Below, one piece after another: positions 14,075 through 26,817 of a DNA stretch of 64,000 bases. Under the pieces are notes generated by a model. It searched no databases. It had not been told where the DNA came from and was given only the letters and a program-made list of their open reading frames with translations. Position 1 is the stretch's first letter; every line of letters begins with the position of its first letter. This DNA comes from Octopus sinensis (taxonomy: Eukaryota): positions 41,912,001 through 41,976,000 of the forward strand of contig NC_043001.1 in NCBI RefSeq assembly GCF_006345805.1. The letters run 5' to 3'. A program made the position numbers and the translations under genes.

Positions 14075-15220
14075 TTGGGGAAATTTCAAACCTGGGTTCT
14101 CATTCCTAAGGTATTTTTTGATGTCATTATTATTATTATTATTATTCAGGTCACTGCTTGGAATCGAACTCGGAAACTTGGGGTTAGTAGCCTGCACTCT
14201 TTTAGGGCTTATAGATCTAATATTTTCCTATCTTTCCTCAATACCAGTTTCCATGTGCTACTCGTATCTGTACTTGGTCTGCTTAGGAGGTTGTTGTGTC
14301 CTAGCATATGTGCTGCTTCTTTTAGTTTTCATATTTTCCAGTTGTGTTCTCTGTCTATTATTTTAACTTCATCCCACAGGGGGAGGTGGGCTCCATTTTT
14401 CCATACAAGATCAGCTATACCCAATTTATCAATATCTCCTCGTGTTACAGCTTTGCAATGTTCGTCTGCCCTTATTTTGATGGGGCGCAAGCTGACCTTC
14501 ACTGAACAATACCTAAACTTCAATTCCCACTATCCATACAGTGTAAAGAGAGTGATTGCTCAGTGCCTAAAACATCGTGCAAAGAATATAAGTAGCAATC
14601 GTGATACACACCACAAAGAAATGATCAAGCTGAGTAACAATCTATTACGCAACAACTACCCCCAAAACATACTTTCCACTCTAATCATGAAGAAAAGAGA
14701 TGAAAGCAATAAACTGCCAACAGTCTGTCTATCTTATATGAAAGGTCTCTCCGAAAAGATACAAAAGATATGCAGCCCATATGACATCCAGACAGTATTC
14801 AAGAGTAATACAACACTTCGCAAATATCTCCTTTGAGTAAAACCACCAATAGAAGAGAATATGACCAAAGACTGTGTGTACTCCATCCCATGCAGCTGTA
14901 GTAGGTTATACAAAGAAACATGCTGCCCCCTCAAAATAAGGGTAGACGAACATCACAAAGCTGTGACACGAGAAGATATTGATAAATCGGGTATAGCTGA
15001 TCATGTATGGAAAAATGGAGATCACCTCTCCCTGTCGTATGAATTTAAAATAATAGACAGAGAACTCCAGTGGAAAATACGAAAACTAAAAGAAGCAGTA
15101 CATATGCTAGGACACAACAACCTCCTAAGCAGATATGAGTAGCATATGGGAATTGGTATTAAGGAAGGATAGGAAAATATTAGATTTATAAGCCCTAAAA
15201 TTCACTCCATAATTGTCCAG

Positions 15221-15293
15221 GGGCATATGGCGTAGTGGTTAAGAACATGGGCTATTAACCCCAAGATTCCGAGTTTGATTCCAAGCAGTGACC
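15221..15293 (+). promoter_or_regulatory. tRNA-like segment with Pol III A/B boxes inside the Penelope terminal repeat
   Basis: TGGCGTAGTGG (A box) and GAGTTTGATTCC (B-box-like; GAGTTCGATTCC in the inverted arm). The acceptor stem pairs poorly, so it is not a functional tRNA. Confidence 0.6.
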
Positions 15294-15364
15294 TGAATAA
15301 TAATAATAATAATAACATTGAAAAATACCTTAGGAACGAGAACTCAGGTTCGAAATTTCCCCAA

Positions 15365-15410
15365 GACACCCGATGAAGGGTGAAGGGTATATCAGCTGAA
15401 ACATTGTGTT
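15365..15410 (+). ncRNA. Degenerate minimal type I hammerhead ribozyme in Penelope terminal repeat
   Basis: GACAC CCGATGA A GGGTG-loop-CAGCT GAAA CATT GTGTT: stem I GACAC/GTGTT, CUGAUGA-like core, stem II, GAAA. The core carries substitutions. Confidence 0.6.
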
Positions 15411-15661
15411 AACAACAAACGAGATGAGGACAAATATCCGTCAAATGTAATAATATCTAATGTCAAAGATGTTCCAACCATGACAAAAACTTTTTTTTTT
15501 ACTTGCTATTCTAGGTGTACAGCAATTAGAACTAAATTATTCAACATGTCCTTTGCTTCATATGATGTGCTTTAAGGAAGATTTAAGTCAAGCAACAGGT
15601 TGTTGGTTTCTGTATATTAATGTGATGTGTTAATATAGGGAATCAAACAAAACTGTTTCTC

Positions 15662-15700
<39 letters not shown>

Positions 15701-15727
15701 TTATATCCACATTTCACTTTGTTTAAA

Positions 15728-15769
<42 letters not shown>

Positions 15770-16117
15770 GAAATTCAATTCTATGAAAATCAAAAAAATA
15801 TAATTTTCAGTTGGACATAAGGACCTTTAAAAAAGAGGAGAGGAGTATGTTTAGTAGGACTAATCCAAGTATCTTCTGTAAATGACTAAAGACAAGAGCA
15901 ATGTTGAATGGGGAAGGGATGATTATAGTTGATAGAATCAATCCTATTAGGATTGGCAGCCAAATTGCTGTATTGGATGCTAACTACATATCCTATTTCT
16001 TTGTCTACTGTAGTGGAAGCTGATTATGGTTTACTTTACTGTTTTGTCTCAGCCATCTTCACTGCCACTTTCCATTGCAAGGCATTTCAGCCACTGCCCT
16101 ACTGATTCTACCACCAT

Positions 16118-16350
16118 ATAATAATAATAATAATCCTTTCTACTAAAGGTACAAGACCTGAAATTTGGAGGGAGGGGGCAAGTTGATTACATCAACCTCA
16201 GTGTTTCATTGGTACTTAATTTATCAACCCTGAAAGGGTGAAAGGCAAAGTCAACCTTGGTGGAATTTGAACCCAGACCATGAAGACAGACGAAATACCA
16301 CTAAACATTTCACTTGGCATGCTAACAATCCTGCCAGCTTGTCGCCTTAA
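16118..16350 (-). mobile_element. tRNA-derived SINE (family B)
   Basis: Same family as 13395-13625; (AAT)n at both flanks. Confidence 0.75.
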
Positions 16351-18840
16351 TAATAATAATAATAATAATAATGTGATAAATAATAAACTAGTGAGAAAGA
16401 AAAATAAAGGTATACAATTTTAAGTATTAACTCAATCTTTCAACAAGACAAAAAAATTGTAATTGTTTGTTTTAAATTAGGAAAAAATAAATCCTGTTAG
16501 ACTTAAACCAAATGAACTTGGCCAACTGCAGCCACTAAAAGAAATAATCATATAAACAAGAGAAACATTAACTGTAAGAACTTTGGGGAAGCATGCAGCA
16601 ACAGTGCAAAATAGACTAGTCACAAGGATGAGAAAGCTAGGATGTCACAGCAGCTTACACACTGGTTACTCACCTAAACAAAGCCTAATGATGAGAGGAA
16701 GCTAATAAAAAGAAACCTACAATTGAACAGAGATATATGTAGACAGAATTGTAATTTTACATACATTTTGAAACACAAAAATACTTTTAGAACAGTGATT
16801 CAGATCTTTTGAGTCATTAAACAAAGGATGTGTGTAAAGTGCAACAGTGGAAGAGATTTCTTTAAAATGGTTGTCAACTAATGAATTAAATAACAATTTG
16901 TTTAAGTCAGTCTAATTCTTAAAATTCAATAACAAATGTTCATTGTAAATAATGATTTAAAAATTTGAAACAAAAAAAAATGACAAAAAAATTATTCCTG
17001 AAAGAAAATAAGTATTTTGATTTAAAAGGCATTTATCAAGAGAATGTTTTATCAAATCAAGGAATTTTTTAAAAATCTAGGTGTCAAAGATGAGAATAAA
17101 CAAAGTAAGGGAAATTTGTGTGAGTATACACATTATATATACATATACACATATATATATATATATTAATATATGTAATGTTGTCGTGATTAAATAAGGG
17201 AGAAAGATCTTTAATGCAATGATCAAATAAAAAAAACAACTATTCTATTGTTTAATTCAAGGAACAGGAGTAATCAGTGCATGTTAAAAAGTGCAATAAG
17301 AGAAATATCAAACTAAAATTAAAAGCTAAATAAGTAAAACCCAACATCACTGTTAGTATTTTCCATGTGTTCAACTAGAGAAACTAAGACAACAACAACA
17401 AAGACTATTGGTGTATTTTTGAAAATTGTTTAAGTGCATCTAATGACAAACTAATCATTAAAGACATAAATTCTGTGTTCTGCACCTGTTTTGAAAAAAC
17501 TCTTGAAAAGAGTATCTTGTAAATGGTGCAGCTAAAATATATGCTTATATTCTAAAACTATTTAATCTGAGTGATATTAACACTAGATAAAAATATATTG
17601 TACTTCAGTATGTGTAAGCCTTTGTCCAGTCATTCATTTAATGTAAGGTTTTCCATGCAAAGAAGGACTGGATTTTACAGTTGGATGATCTTCCTGTTGT
17701 CAATCTTTATTTTTTTCTTTAATGTGTGTTTTATCAAAGTAGGATTTTTTAGAAATGAAAAATGATTATATCCATAAGGGAAAAATCATAAGATTCTCTA
17801 CATAGTGAACATCAATTTTCATTTCAAAAACATCCTTGATTTTTCATCAGTAGAATGGGGCATGGATACATTACGATAAAGTTTTCAGTAATGCTATTTA
17901 CTTCAGAGTAAAAAGAAAAAGAAAATAAAAACTAAATTTAACATGAGAAAGTATTTTTAAAAATAGAAATCTTACTTGTGTTATAAAAATTATTGGAAAA
18001 CTTATGTCAAAATCATTGAACAATCTGTCACTTATTAGTAACAAATATTAGAATAGCTCTTTGAAACTGAATATCTGCAAATAACAGCTTAGTCGTATGA
18101 AAGACATTTTTGTGTGATAGTGCTAAGAAAAATTTGCTGTGAATTATTAAGAGATCAACAGTATATTACTATATAATATTGATTTCTTATGAATAATACT
18201 AATCAGTAACTTTTATGTGATAAAAGACGATGGTAGAATAGTTTGCGGATAGGATAAGTTGTATATTTAAATAAAATAGGTAAAGCAGGAAAGAATGGTT
18301 ACTGTCATTGAATATATTCCTTTCTAATATCAATATTGTTTAGTCTTAAATAAATAAATAAATAAAAAATCAAGTGACTGGGTTTAAAAGTCAAGGTTAA
18401 TAAAATACCAGAAGGCTCTTCTAAGCCAGCAGGTTAATTTGATTAAAAGTTAGACAAAAGCAAGCAAAGCAGTAATAACTTAAAATGAAGTTTATTGGTA
18501 AAAGAAAGAATTTATACAACTAATAAAACAATACAATTTTGTAGGATCACCACATTAAACAAGGAGAGTTAAGTGGTGGTTGTAATTATGGTTATGAGAG
18601 GGAGAGAAGGAGAGGTGGGGATGAATGAGGGTACAGAACAGGAGGCACTGTTCTTGCTAGGTTTTCAAAATTACTAAGAGTAATCAGCAGCCAAATTGCA
18701 AGGACAGAAAGAGAACTAATAAGGTGTTTGAGGGTTAGCAAAACTAAAGAAATACAAAATAAATAAACAAAAAGAAAATTTTCAAAAATAAAGAAAATAT
18801 AACCAGAAGAGATGGGGGGGAGGGGACTAAGAGAAATTTA

Positions 18841-18872
<32 letters not shown>

Positions 18873-19349
18873 TTGTGTGTGTACATATGTACTTGCATGC
18901 ATACATACATATATGCCAATCGATGATGATGATGATGATGATGATGATGATAATGATGATGAGGGTGGTAGCAACGATTGTGTGAATAGCTCTGGTTATT
19001 TATATAAAATAACTTAGAATTCATATAGAGTTAATTTTGGAATGTTCATGATACCAACCTCACTGTCTTCAAAGTTTATGAGCAAATAAAAGAGCTAGAT
19101 GACAAAGTATTAAAAGCTATATTCTAGTTCTGTGATTGAAAGCTGATATTCTGAACATTTAAAAAAAAATTATCCTATTTTTCATAAATTTATTTACTCT
19201 CTGGATGAAAAACCCTAATCTGTTTAGTATCTTACATATGATTATAGTTTAAGCCATAAGAAGAATGTCAAACAGGATATTATTACCATAAAAATACTAA
19301 TAGAAGGATGAGGGCTAAATGACTTTGTTATAATAAAAATTCGTCAATC

Positions 19350-19748
19350 GGTGCAGGAATGGCTGTGAGGTAAGAAGATAGCTTCCCAACCACAGGTTGC
19401 AGGTTCAGACTCACTGCATGGCTCCATAGGCAAGTGTTGTCTTCTATAGGTCTGGGTTGACTAAAGCCTTGTGAGTGGATTTGATAGACAGAAACTGAAA
19501 GCCTGTTGCATATATGTGTGTGTGTTTGTTTCCCACCACTGCTTGACAACTGGTGTCAATTTATTTACATCCCACATAACTTAGCAGTTTGGCAAAAGGA
19601 GACCAATAAAATAACTGCCAGTTTCTTTTACCCCCCACCCCCCCAAATAAAAAACAAATATTAGGGTCGATTTGTTCGACTAAACCCTTTATGGTGGTGC
19701 CCCAGCATGGCCACAGCCCAATGACTTAAACAAGTAGAAGATAGAAGG
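19350..19748 (+). mobile_element. tRNA-derived SINE (family A), full length
   Basis: Head ggtgcaggaatggctgtgaggtaag, CORE-like ggcaagtgt segment, internal (TG)n, 3' tail ggtgccccagcatggccacagc...aacaagtagaag. Confidence 0.75.
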
Positions 19749-22700
19749 TAAAATAATTCAATGATTAAATTGATCACTATATGTTTGCTGAAGAGCTAAG
19801 ACAGTAACTATGAAAATAATGAAATATTCTAGTCTGGACCAACAACAATGGATATGGAAGGTGATGATAGTGAAAAAGACATCAACAATTCATACCAATA
19901 GAAACTGAGAATGAATCTAAAGAACAAATGAAAGGAGGAAAAGGTATTTGTAAAGCTGCATTCCCTCTCTCCATCCTACCTTCTCTTATTTATGTTTCCT
20001 TTTTCTTCATTTTGCTATCTGAAATGTTCATGAATCAAACAGGATATAATTTCTCTCTAGATATTAAAAAATATCCTAATGATATTAATAGTGTGTGCTG
20101 TATATGTTTGTATATTTCTTATACACACACAAACATATATATTCACACACACACGTGTGTATGTATATATATACATATATATACATACAGACACACATAC
20201 ACACACAAAAGGTGGCTATTATCTCTGAAATAATTGCATTTAATTTTATGGGAAATTTAGCTTGATATGCAAAAATAGGTGTTTGTAAGAATGTCTATAG
20301 TCATTTAGTGAAAACAAGACAAATGTAAGACGAGCCTCTAAAATATTATTTCCAAACAGAAATATATGGTATTAAGTGAAAGGAAAATAAATAAATAGAG
20401 ATAAATAAATTAAAAAAAAAAAAAAAAGCCCTCTCCATAAAAATGCTTATTAAAACTAAATGAACATTCTGAAGCTGTGAACTAAGTTTGACACGTGGAC
20501 AGGCAAGTTTGGCTTCTGATATTTTTCTTCTATTTCAAGAGACTTTAAAACAAATATTTTTCTCTCTTTGTCCCACACACACTAACACACAAATTTGATA
20601 GTTTAAGTGTAAATGCATGCAGATGATTTAGTGAGCAGGTGTGCAAGAGAGGGAGTTTGTATGTGTGTGTGTGTGTTTGATGTGAATTAACATATTTTGT
20701 TTCTTTGTTGTGACAGTTGAGACGGTAACTGTACAAACATTTAGGTACAAAGAAAAAGATTGCTTTGTCAGAAAGTGAAAGCAATGTGTTATTTTGACAG
20801 CCAAAATACAAACTTGCCCATTAACATCAACAAATAAACGGATATCTAATGACTTGTGAAACTCATCAATGACCAAAGAGTTGATGTAGCCAGTTCTAAA
20901 ATTAAAGTGACTAACTTTGTTACAGTTGATGCTATCAAACCATTTGATCCTCCTCCTGATAACTATTAATTTTAATTTTCGATTTATATAAAGCACAGAA
21001 TCTGTGCAAATCAGTTGTAAGGAGAAATCTCAAAATTACTAACATGAACAACAAATGTCTATGATAAATTTATAATTGAGCATTAGTAAGATTTACTCTT
21101 AAAACTAACACACATTAAATTCTAAAAAATAAAATAAAATAAAATAAAATAAAAAAGTGAATTTTCATTTATTGAAAGGGGGCCATCTAATCATAGTTTA
21201 CTTTCCTCAGTAGCATAAAAAATAGTTATTGCAGCCTGAATTTTTGTGTTGCTAAACAACACTGAACATTTGGAGCCCAGAGTTAAAAGATTCAACCTTT
21301 TTCTCTTCTGTAAAAATCAGGCCTTATTTCACAACATGTTAAACCATCCCCCAAAAAATTTGTTTATATATATATATATATAATTAGGCATAATAAACTT
21401 TTTAAATTCAAGAAGTATGTTTTATTTGTTCATTGCCTACATACAGTATTTTTTCTCTAAGAAAATGATGATTGTCCTCTATGCTGCATGATAAAATCAG
21501 CTATTAGAGGGAGATATTTAGTGGAGCATTGGTATATGTTACTGGAAACAACTGGGCATAACTATAGGAATATCACAAATTTATAAAACAAATTCCTAGT
21601 TCAGTTTGATGATTTCCAAACAGTTTTGCATGTGCGTGTGTGTACATGAGGGAAGAGTGTGAATGAAACACAGTCTTGTACCGTTATATAAAAATCTATT
21701 ATTCTTTCACCAGTGAAGGGCTATGCCCAAATTACCAGATTTCCTTCTTCCCACAACACACCAAACTTTATATAACTTTTCTGAATTCATTTTTGCCAAT
21801 ACAGGCCACTTCTTGTCTTCTCAAACTCTAGTAATTATTTTTCATGTAGTTGATAACTGTTTAAACAACAGCATGTTGAAAAGCCAGAAGTTAATAACAG
21901 GCTTCATTAGAAATGATGCAAATCCTAGGTATGAAATATCACTTTGAAGTTCTGAACTTTTTATATTTTTAAATAATGTTTGCAATTTTAATAGTTTGGA
22001 TTAATAACAATAACTAATATCTGTTTAATAAAATAGATAACTTTTCTGCTAAAATTTAAATAAAAGTTCTGATTCAATTACACAAAATGCATTATAATTA
22101 TTCTAGCACAGATTAAAAATTTGTATAATATCTATTACTACAAAAGTAATACAAAATTTAAAATTCTCTACAACTGAAAAAAAAAAGAAAAAAAATTTAA
22201 AGTCTTAAGACAACCCTACAGTAAAATGTACTTATCACAATAACTGCTCAATACAGCTTTCACCCAAACAAGTATTAACTGTCTCAGGTAAAACACCAAA
22301 CAGTAATTCAAAGAAAGGGAAAAGATGTCAATGAACTGAGAATTCAAGAGGGAAAAGTTTCTTCTCTTCACCTCAACCTTTCTTTTTAAGTAAAAGATAT
22401 TTGAAGTATGGAAGCTCAGAGGACATCAGATTGTAATGTTGATAGTAATAGCGGCAACAGCAAGATATCATTAAAAACATTAGCTAAATTTCCACCATAG
22501 ATTTGTTCCAGTAGTGTATAATCATCAGAAGCGATTGAAGAGAAAATGCATTGCATTAGCTAACAGTTTCAGTACAGAGAGCCACTGGAGTTTGAAAAAT
22601 ACTCCTGTCTTGTAAAACATTGGTTAAAGAGTTTATAGAAAAGGGGCTGCAGAGAATCACTCAGCCAACAGAACTTCTGAAATGATTAACAGCTGATAAA

Positions 22701-23100
22701 AATTAAAATTATAATGGAATGATAAATAAGCAAAACCCATGAGGAAAATGTCACAGTAAAAATGCATTTATAAGGCCTCATAAAAATTGAGGCAATGTTT
22801 TTACATTCAGAAATATCTGCCATATTTCAAATATAGCAATTATAATGTTATCTAAATTATACAATCTGAATATATTATTTGAAGAACTGAAAGTAAACAC
22901 AAAATATTAACATAATATCCATTTATAAAAAGTAGCTAAGACAATTACTAAAGTCACAATAATTTAATTTATAATGACTCTAAATGCAAACAACTGAAGA
23001 GCAGAGCAAGATTACAAGAAGATAGTTAAATGTATTTACGCATCAATCATTTACAAAATAGTTTGAGCACAATTCAATTCTCAATGTGTATTTATCACAA

Positions 23101-23181
23101 TATATATATATATATATAATATATATATATATATACATACATATATGTGTGTGTATATATATATATATATACAGATACACA

Positions 23182-23229
<48 letters not shown>

Positions 23230-23354
23230 TATCTATATATATATACACACACACACACATAGATATATAAACACACACACACACATATATATATAAACAC
23301 ACACACACACACATATATATATATAGATATATATACACACATATATATATATAG

Positions 23355-23401
<47 letters not shown>

Positions 23402-23505
23402 GATATATATATACACACATACATATCTATACACACATGCGCACACACACACACACATATCTATATATATGTATATACACACACAAACATACATATATAT
23501 ATCAT
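23101..23505. repeat. Compound (TA)n/(CA)n microsatellite
   Basis: Seen directly; it explains ORFs 23043..23420, 23183..23512 and 23233..23454. Confidence 0.97.
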
Positions 23506-24901
23506 TTTGCACAGATGAAGTGTGACAAAAATGTTACCCTTCAAAATTACTTCTCAAAAATACTAAATAAAAATCTGGCTCAATTGCATGTACTGCAAGA
23601 GAGAAAAAAAAATACAATCAGCACAGCAGCACTTACATCTGAAATTGAATCATGATCACCAAAACCCTGTTAGATGAGTGGGGAAATATAGGGTGTTATA
23701 TTTTACATTATAGCAGAAGGAAATATTTGGCACAACTTTCCAAGATAGCAGCAGAATGTAAAATAATCCTGCTGAATAAAAATAAAAATAAGATCGCATA
23801 TGAAAGGGCCAGAGTACTATGAGAACCGAAGGCACTGATGAATGTACATATTTGAAAGGTAAGGAAATACTAAAATTTTTTAGGCTCATCAATTTCATTT
23901 GAGCCTACACTTCAACAGCAAGAGACAACAATGGCCTGGCCTCCAGTTCTTCCACTTATGATATAATCTAAATGATAAAACTAGCCAAATGTGAATTGAA
24001 TAAATCTGTCCATCATTCATAACTTTGTCCAGACTAAGTTCCACATGACTAGTCTTAAGAGGGAGCAAGTAAGCTGGCCAATAAAGATTCTTTAAATGAA
24101 AAGATATATATACATACATATATATGTGTATATATATATATATATGTATATGTATGTAGATAGATAGATAGATATATTCCAAAAGATATTTTACTATTTC
24201 CATCCAATAAACATCAAATGTTAATCATGAGATTCTCAATAGCACATGCTAGGTGGGACTGTTAAGAATAGTAGAAATATTTTCTAAATACACTAGTGAA
24301 TATTGTCCAATAATCCATAATTTAGTTCAGTTATTATAATTGGTACAACTACTGTCATAACAACCAGGTTGAAGAACAAATAGTATTCAATTTAAAAGTT
24401 CGACAATTAAATTTAATCAAACCTCATTCTGTTTAAAATCTATTATAAAATTCTTACAAATAAAATTTTCTTTTAATTATGTAATCCTCTTATCTTACAT
24501 ACATGTAAATGGTGGTGTGCATGTGCATGCATGCATGCACATACACAAAAAATAGATTAAAATGTTTAATGAATTGGAACATGAATGTATTCTAAAAGTA
24601 ATGAATTATTTAAGTTGTTACTAATCCAGAGTTTAGAAGTAAGTTACTAAGCCAGAATTAAGAGCAAAGCACCCTCACCAAGAAGCAAACCAAAGGAAAC
24701 AATGGAGAAAGGAAGCAAGGGATGACTGAAAAGTATAAATTTAAAAAAAAAATGTTATCAAAGTTGGCTGAGAATTCCATTACATCTTTACTATACATCT
24801 CTAGTGGCTTACCACACCCATCAAGTGGCTAATGAAGTGCATTCCCCCTTCCTGCCCCTTTAGCTTAGCACCCTCCATCAGAAGACAAGCTAACACCTGG
24901 G

Positions 24902-25183
24902 TCATACAAGGTCATAATCCAAATGCTCTGAACGATAGATGGCAGCACGGTAACTGTACCTATCAGACAGACTGCGCTGCACTGGTTTCATGTTCTTGTT
25001 GCTGCTGCTTGCTCCACTGACAACCGACATTGTTGTATTTGAAGGGCTACAACGATCTCCACAATCATCTGCAGTCTCATCATCTTCTCCAATAATAGTT
25101 TCAACTAATGAGGATTCAACTTCTGTTTTGTAAGAACTCAATTTTGACTGTAAAAGGTATTTGTAGGTTTGGAATCGTTTTAA
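24902..25183 (-). CDS. PSD: PSD/EFA6 terminal coding exon (282 nt incl. TGA)
   Basis: tttgcttttcag acceptor. Translates LKRFQTYKYLLQSKLSSYKTEVESS...VQRSLSDRYSYRAAIYRSEHLDYDLV*. In frame with the coiled-coil exon; overlaps ORF 24902..25141. Confidence 0.88.
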   Translation of the reverse strand, partial: LKRFQTYKYLLQSKLSSYKTEVESSLVETIIGEDDETADDCGDRCSPSNTTMSVVSGASSSNKNMKPVQRSLSDRYSYRAAIYRSEHLDYDLV

Positions 25184-25874
25184 CTGAAAAGCAAAAATAA
25201 GTAAAACAAAGAGATTAGAAATAATGAAAAAACTTTAAAAAAAAAATGCATGTTAAAGAATATATATTGGAATCTAGAGAATTCAAATTCACATGACTAG
25301 TGTTTATTATTGCATACAAATCATTTGAAAATCCCTTTTTGAATCAATTCAATCCATAGAATTAGAAAAATAAGCATATAAAACATCTGACATAAAAAAT
25401 CAGCAATAGGAGTAGCATAAATGATTCATTCAAAAATACATGAATTTTTTGAGCATTTTCACCAAATCATTGTTATGATTTGAAATCTTCATATTTCCAA
25501 CAGTCACTTTAATTGGTTTCAGTCATTAAAATGTGGCCAAGTTGTGGCACTATCTTAAAGAGAATAGACAATTACATCAAATTATTCATAAACTTTGGGA
25601 AGATTAAAAGCAAAGTAGGCCTGTGTTTGATTTGAACAAGTTGTAAAGCGATGTAATGAAATACCACAGGGTAACCTGTGCAATGCCCTACCAATTCTGC
25701 TATCTGCACTACCACCCTTTGTTATAACTTAGGTGAGAGTTGTCAGAATAATTTAAAATGTTCAGTTTGGCAGAATTCAAATCCCATCTGTATGAAATTT
25801 ACTTTCTACTCCTAATGTGGTTAATAAAATGTGTATGGGTAAATGCAATGAGAATGATCAGTCAGTTATCTTTC

Positions 25875-26145
25875 CCTTACAAAATTTAGTTGAACAAATT
25901 GATCCCAGGTCTTATTCTTTGTAAGCCTAGTACTTATTCTATCAGTCCCTTTTGCCAAACTGCTAAGTTACGGTGACGTAGACACATCAACATTGATTGT
26001 CAAGCAATGGTGGGGGAGACAAACGCACACACAAATGATGGGCTTCTTTCAGTTTCTGTCTACCAAATTCACTCACAAGGCTTTGGTCAGCCCAAGGCTA
26101 TAGCAGAAGACACTTGTCCAAGCTACTTACCACACAGCCATGAAA
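25875..26145 (-). mobile_element. tRNA-derived SINE (family A), partial
   Basis: Colinear with 45818-46204. Confidence 0.75.
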
Positions 26146-26673
26146 TAAGTGTTTGATAAAAGAGCAATAGTGATTAAAGGATAGATTAAAGTAAGATTGC
26201 CTAAAAATGGATCAAGTTTTGCATGAAAACTTGATTTGCATATATATTCTGTTTTGATAAAGTACACTTTTTAGACAAAATACATTATTTTGATAGCTTT
26301 GTTGTTCAATATAATGACTACTGAATAAAATAGAAACCTCTGGGTACCAAACACTGGACCTTACAATTTATATCTATAAAGACAATCAGATATGTTATTA
26401 TATAGTAACAATGAAGATACCTTTTCTCTATATTCTTGATATCCTATATTATTCTGTTTGATTGGTTTTGAAAATTTTGATATTCAAAATATGCTTACAT
26501 GTTTTATACCTTAAACACTTTGAAATCAGAGCGCTACCAATTTCTTATGCAAATTAAATGAAACACACCCAAATGTTAGATGCAAAAGAATAATGAAAGG
26601 AACGTAGTAAATAGAGTCAACTTAACTGTAATCAGTAACAGGCTTGATTTAAAAGTAACAAAAGATAATTTAC

Positions 26674-26817
26674 CTCAGATTCTAAAAATTGCTCTTTTTC
26701 AACATAATCATGGATTATACGCGCTTTAGCGCCTTTTTCTGGTGGACACAACCTGTGTTCGTGTAACTCTTTCTCTAGGTGAGTTACTTTTTCTTGATGA
26801 TGAGCTAATTGCTCACT
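26674..26817 (-). CDS. PSD: PSD/EFA6 coiled-coil exon (144 nt)
   Basis: ccttttcag..gtaaat. Translates SEQLAHHQEKVTHLEKELHEHRLCPPEKGAKARIIHDYVEKEQFLESE. Confidence 0.94.

Larger units (their letters stand above)
13989..15450. mobile_element. Penelope-like element (GIY-YIG type) in inverted-terminal-repeat configuration
   Basis: Plus arm 14489-15450 encodes the RT thumb/linker (TEQYLNFNSHYP...) and GIY-YIG (CVYSIPCSC..Y-ET..LKIRVDEH..SGIADHVW). The minus arm 13989-14488 is an inverted copy of 14922-15450, including the GIY-YIG C-terminus. Confidence 0.9.

Noticed and set aside
13940-14836. Longest ORF in the track (298 aa) as a novel gene
   Set aside because: It is a chance read-through: the first ~180 codons are the antisense Penelope arm and the rest is Penelope RT thumb/linker; it starts at TTG.
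15221-15293. Functional tRNA gene
   Set aside because: The acceptor stem does not pair, there is no clean cloverleaf, and it is embedded in a TE repeat.
23043-23655. Cys/Val/Tyr/Ile-rich ORFs (also 35166..35414, 42727..43052, 28725..29268, 57030..57326)
   Set aside because: They are translations of (TA)n/(CA)n/(GA)n repeats.
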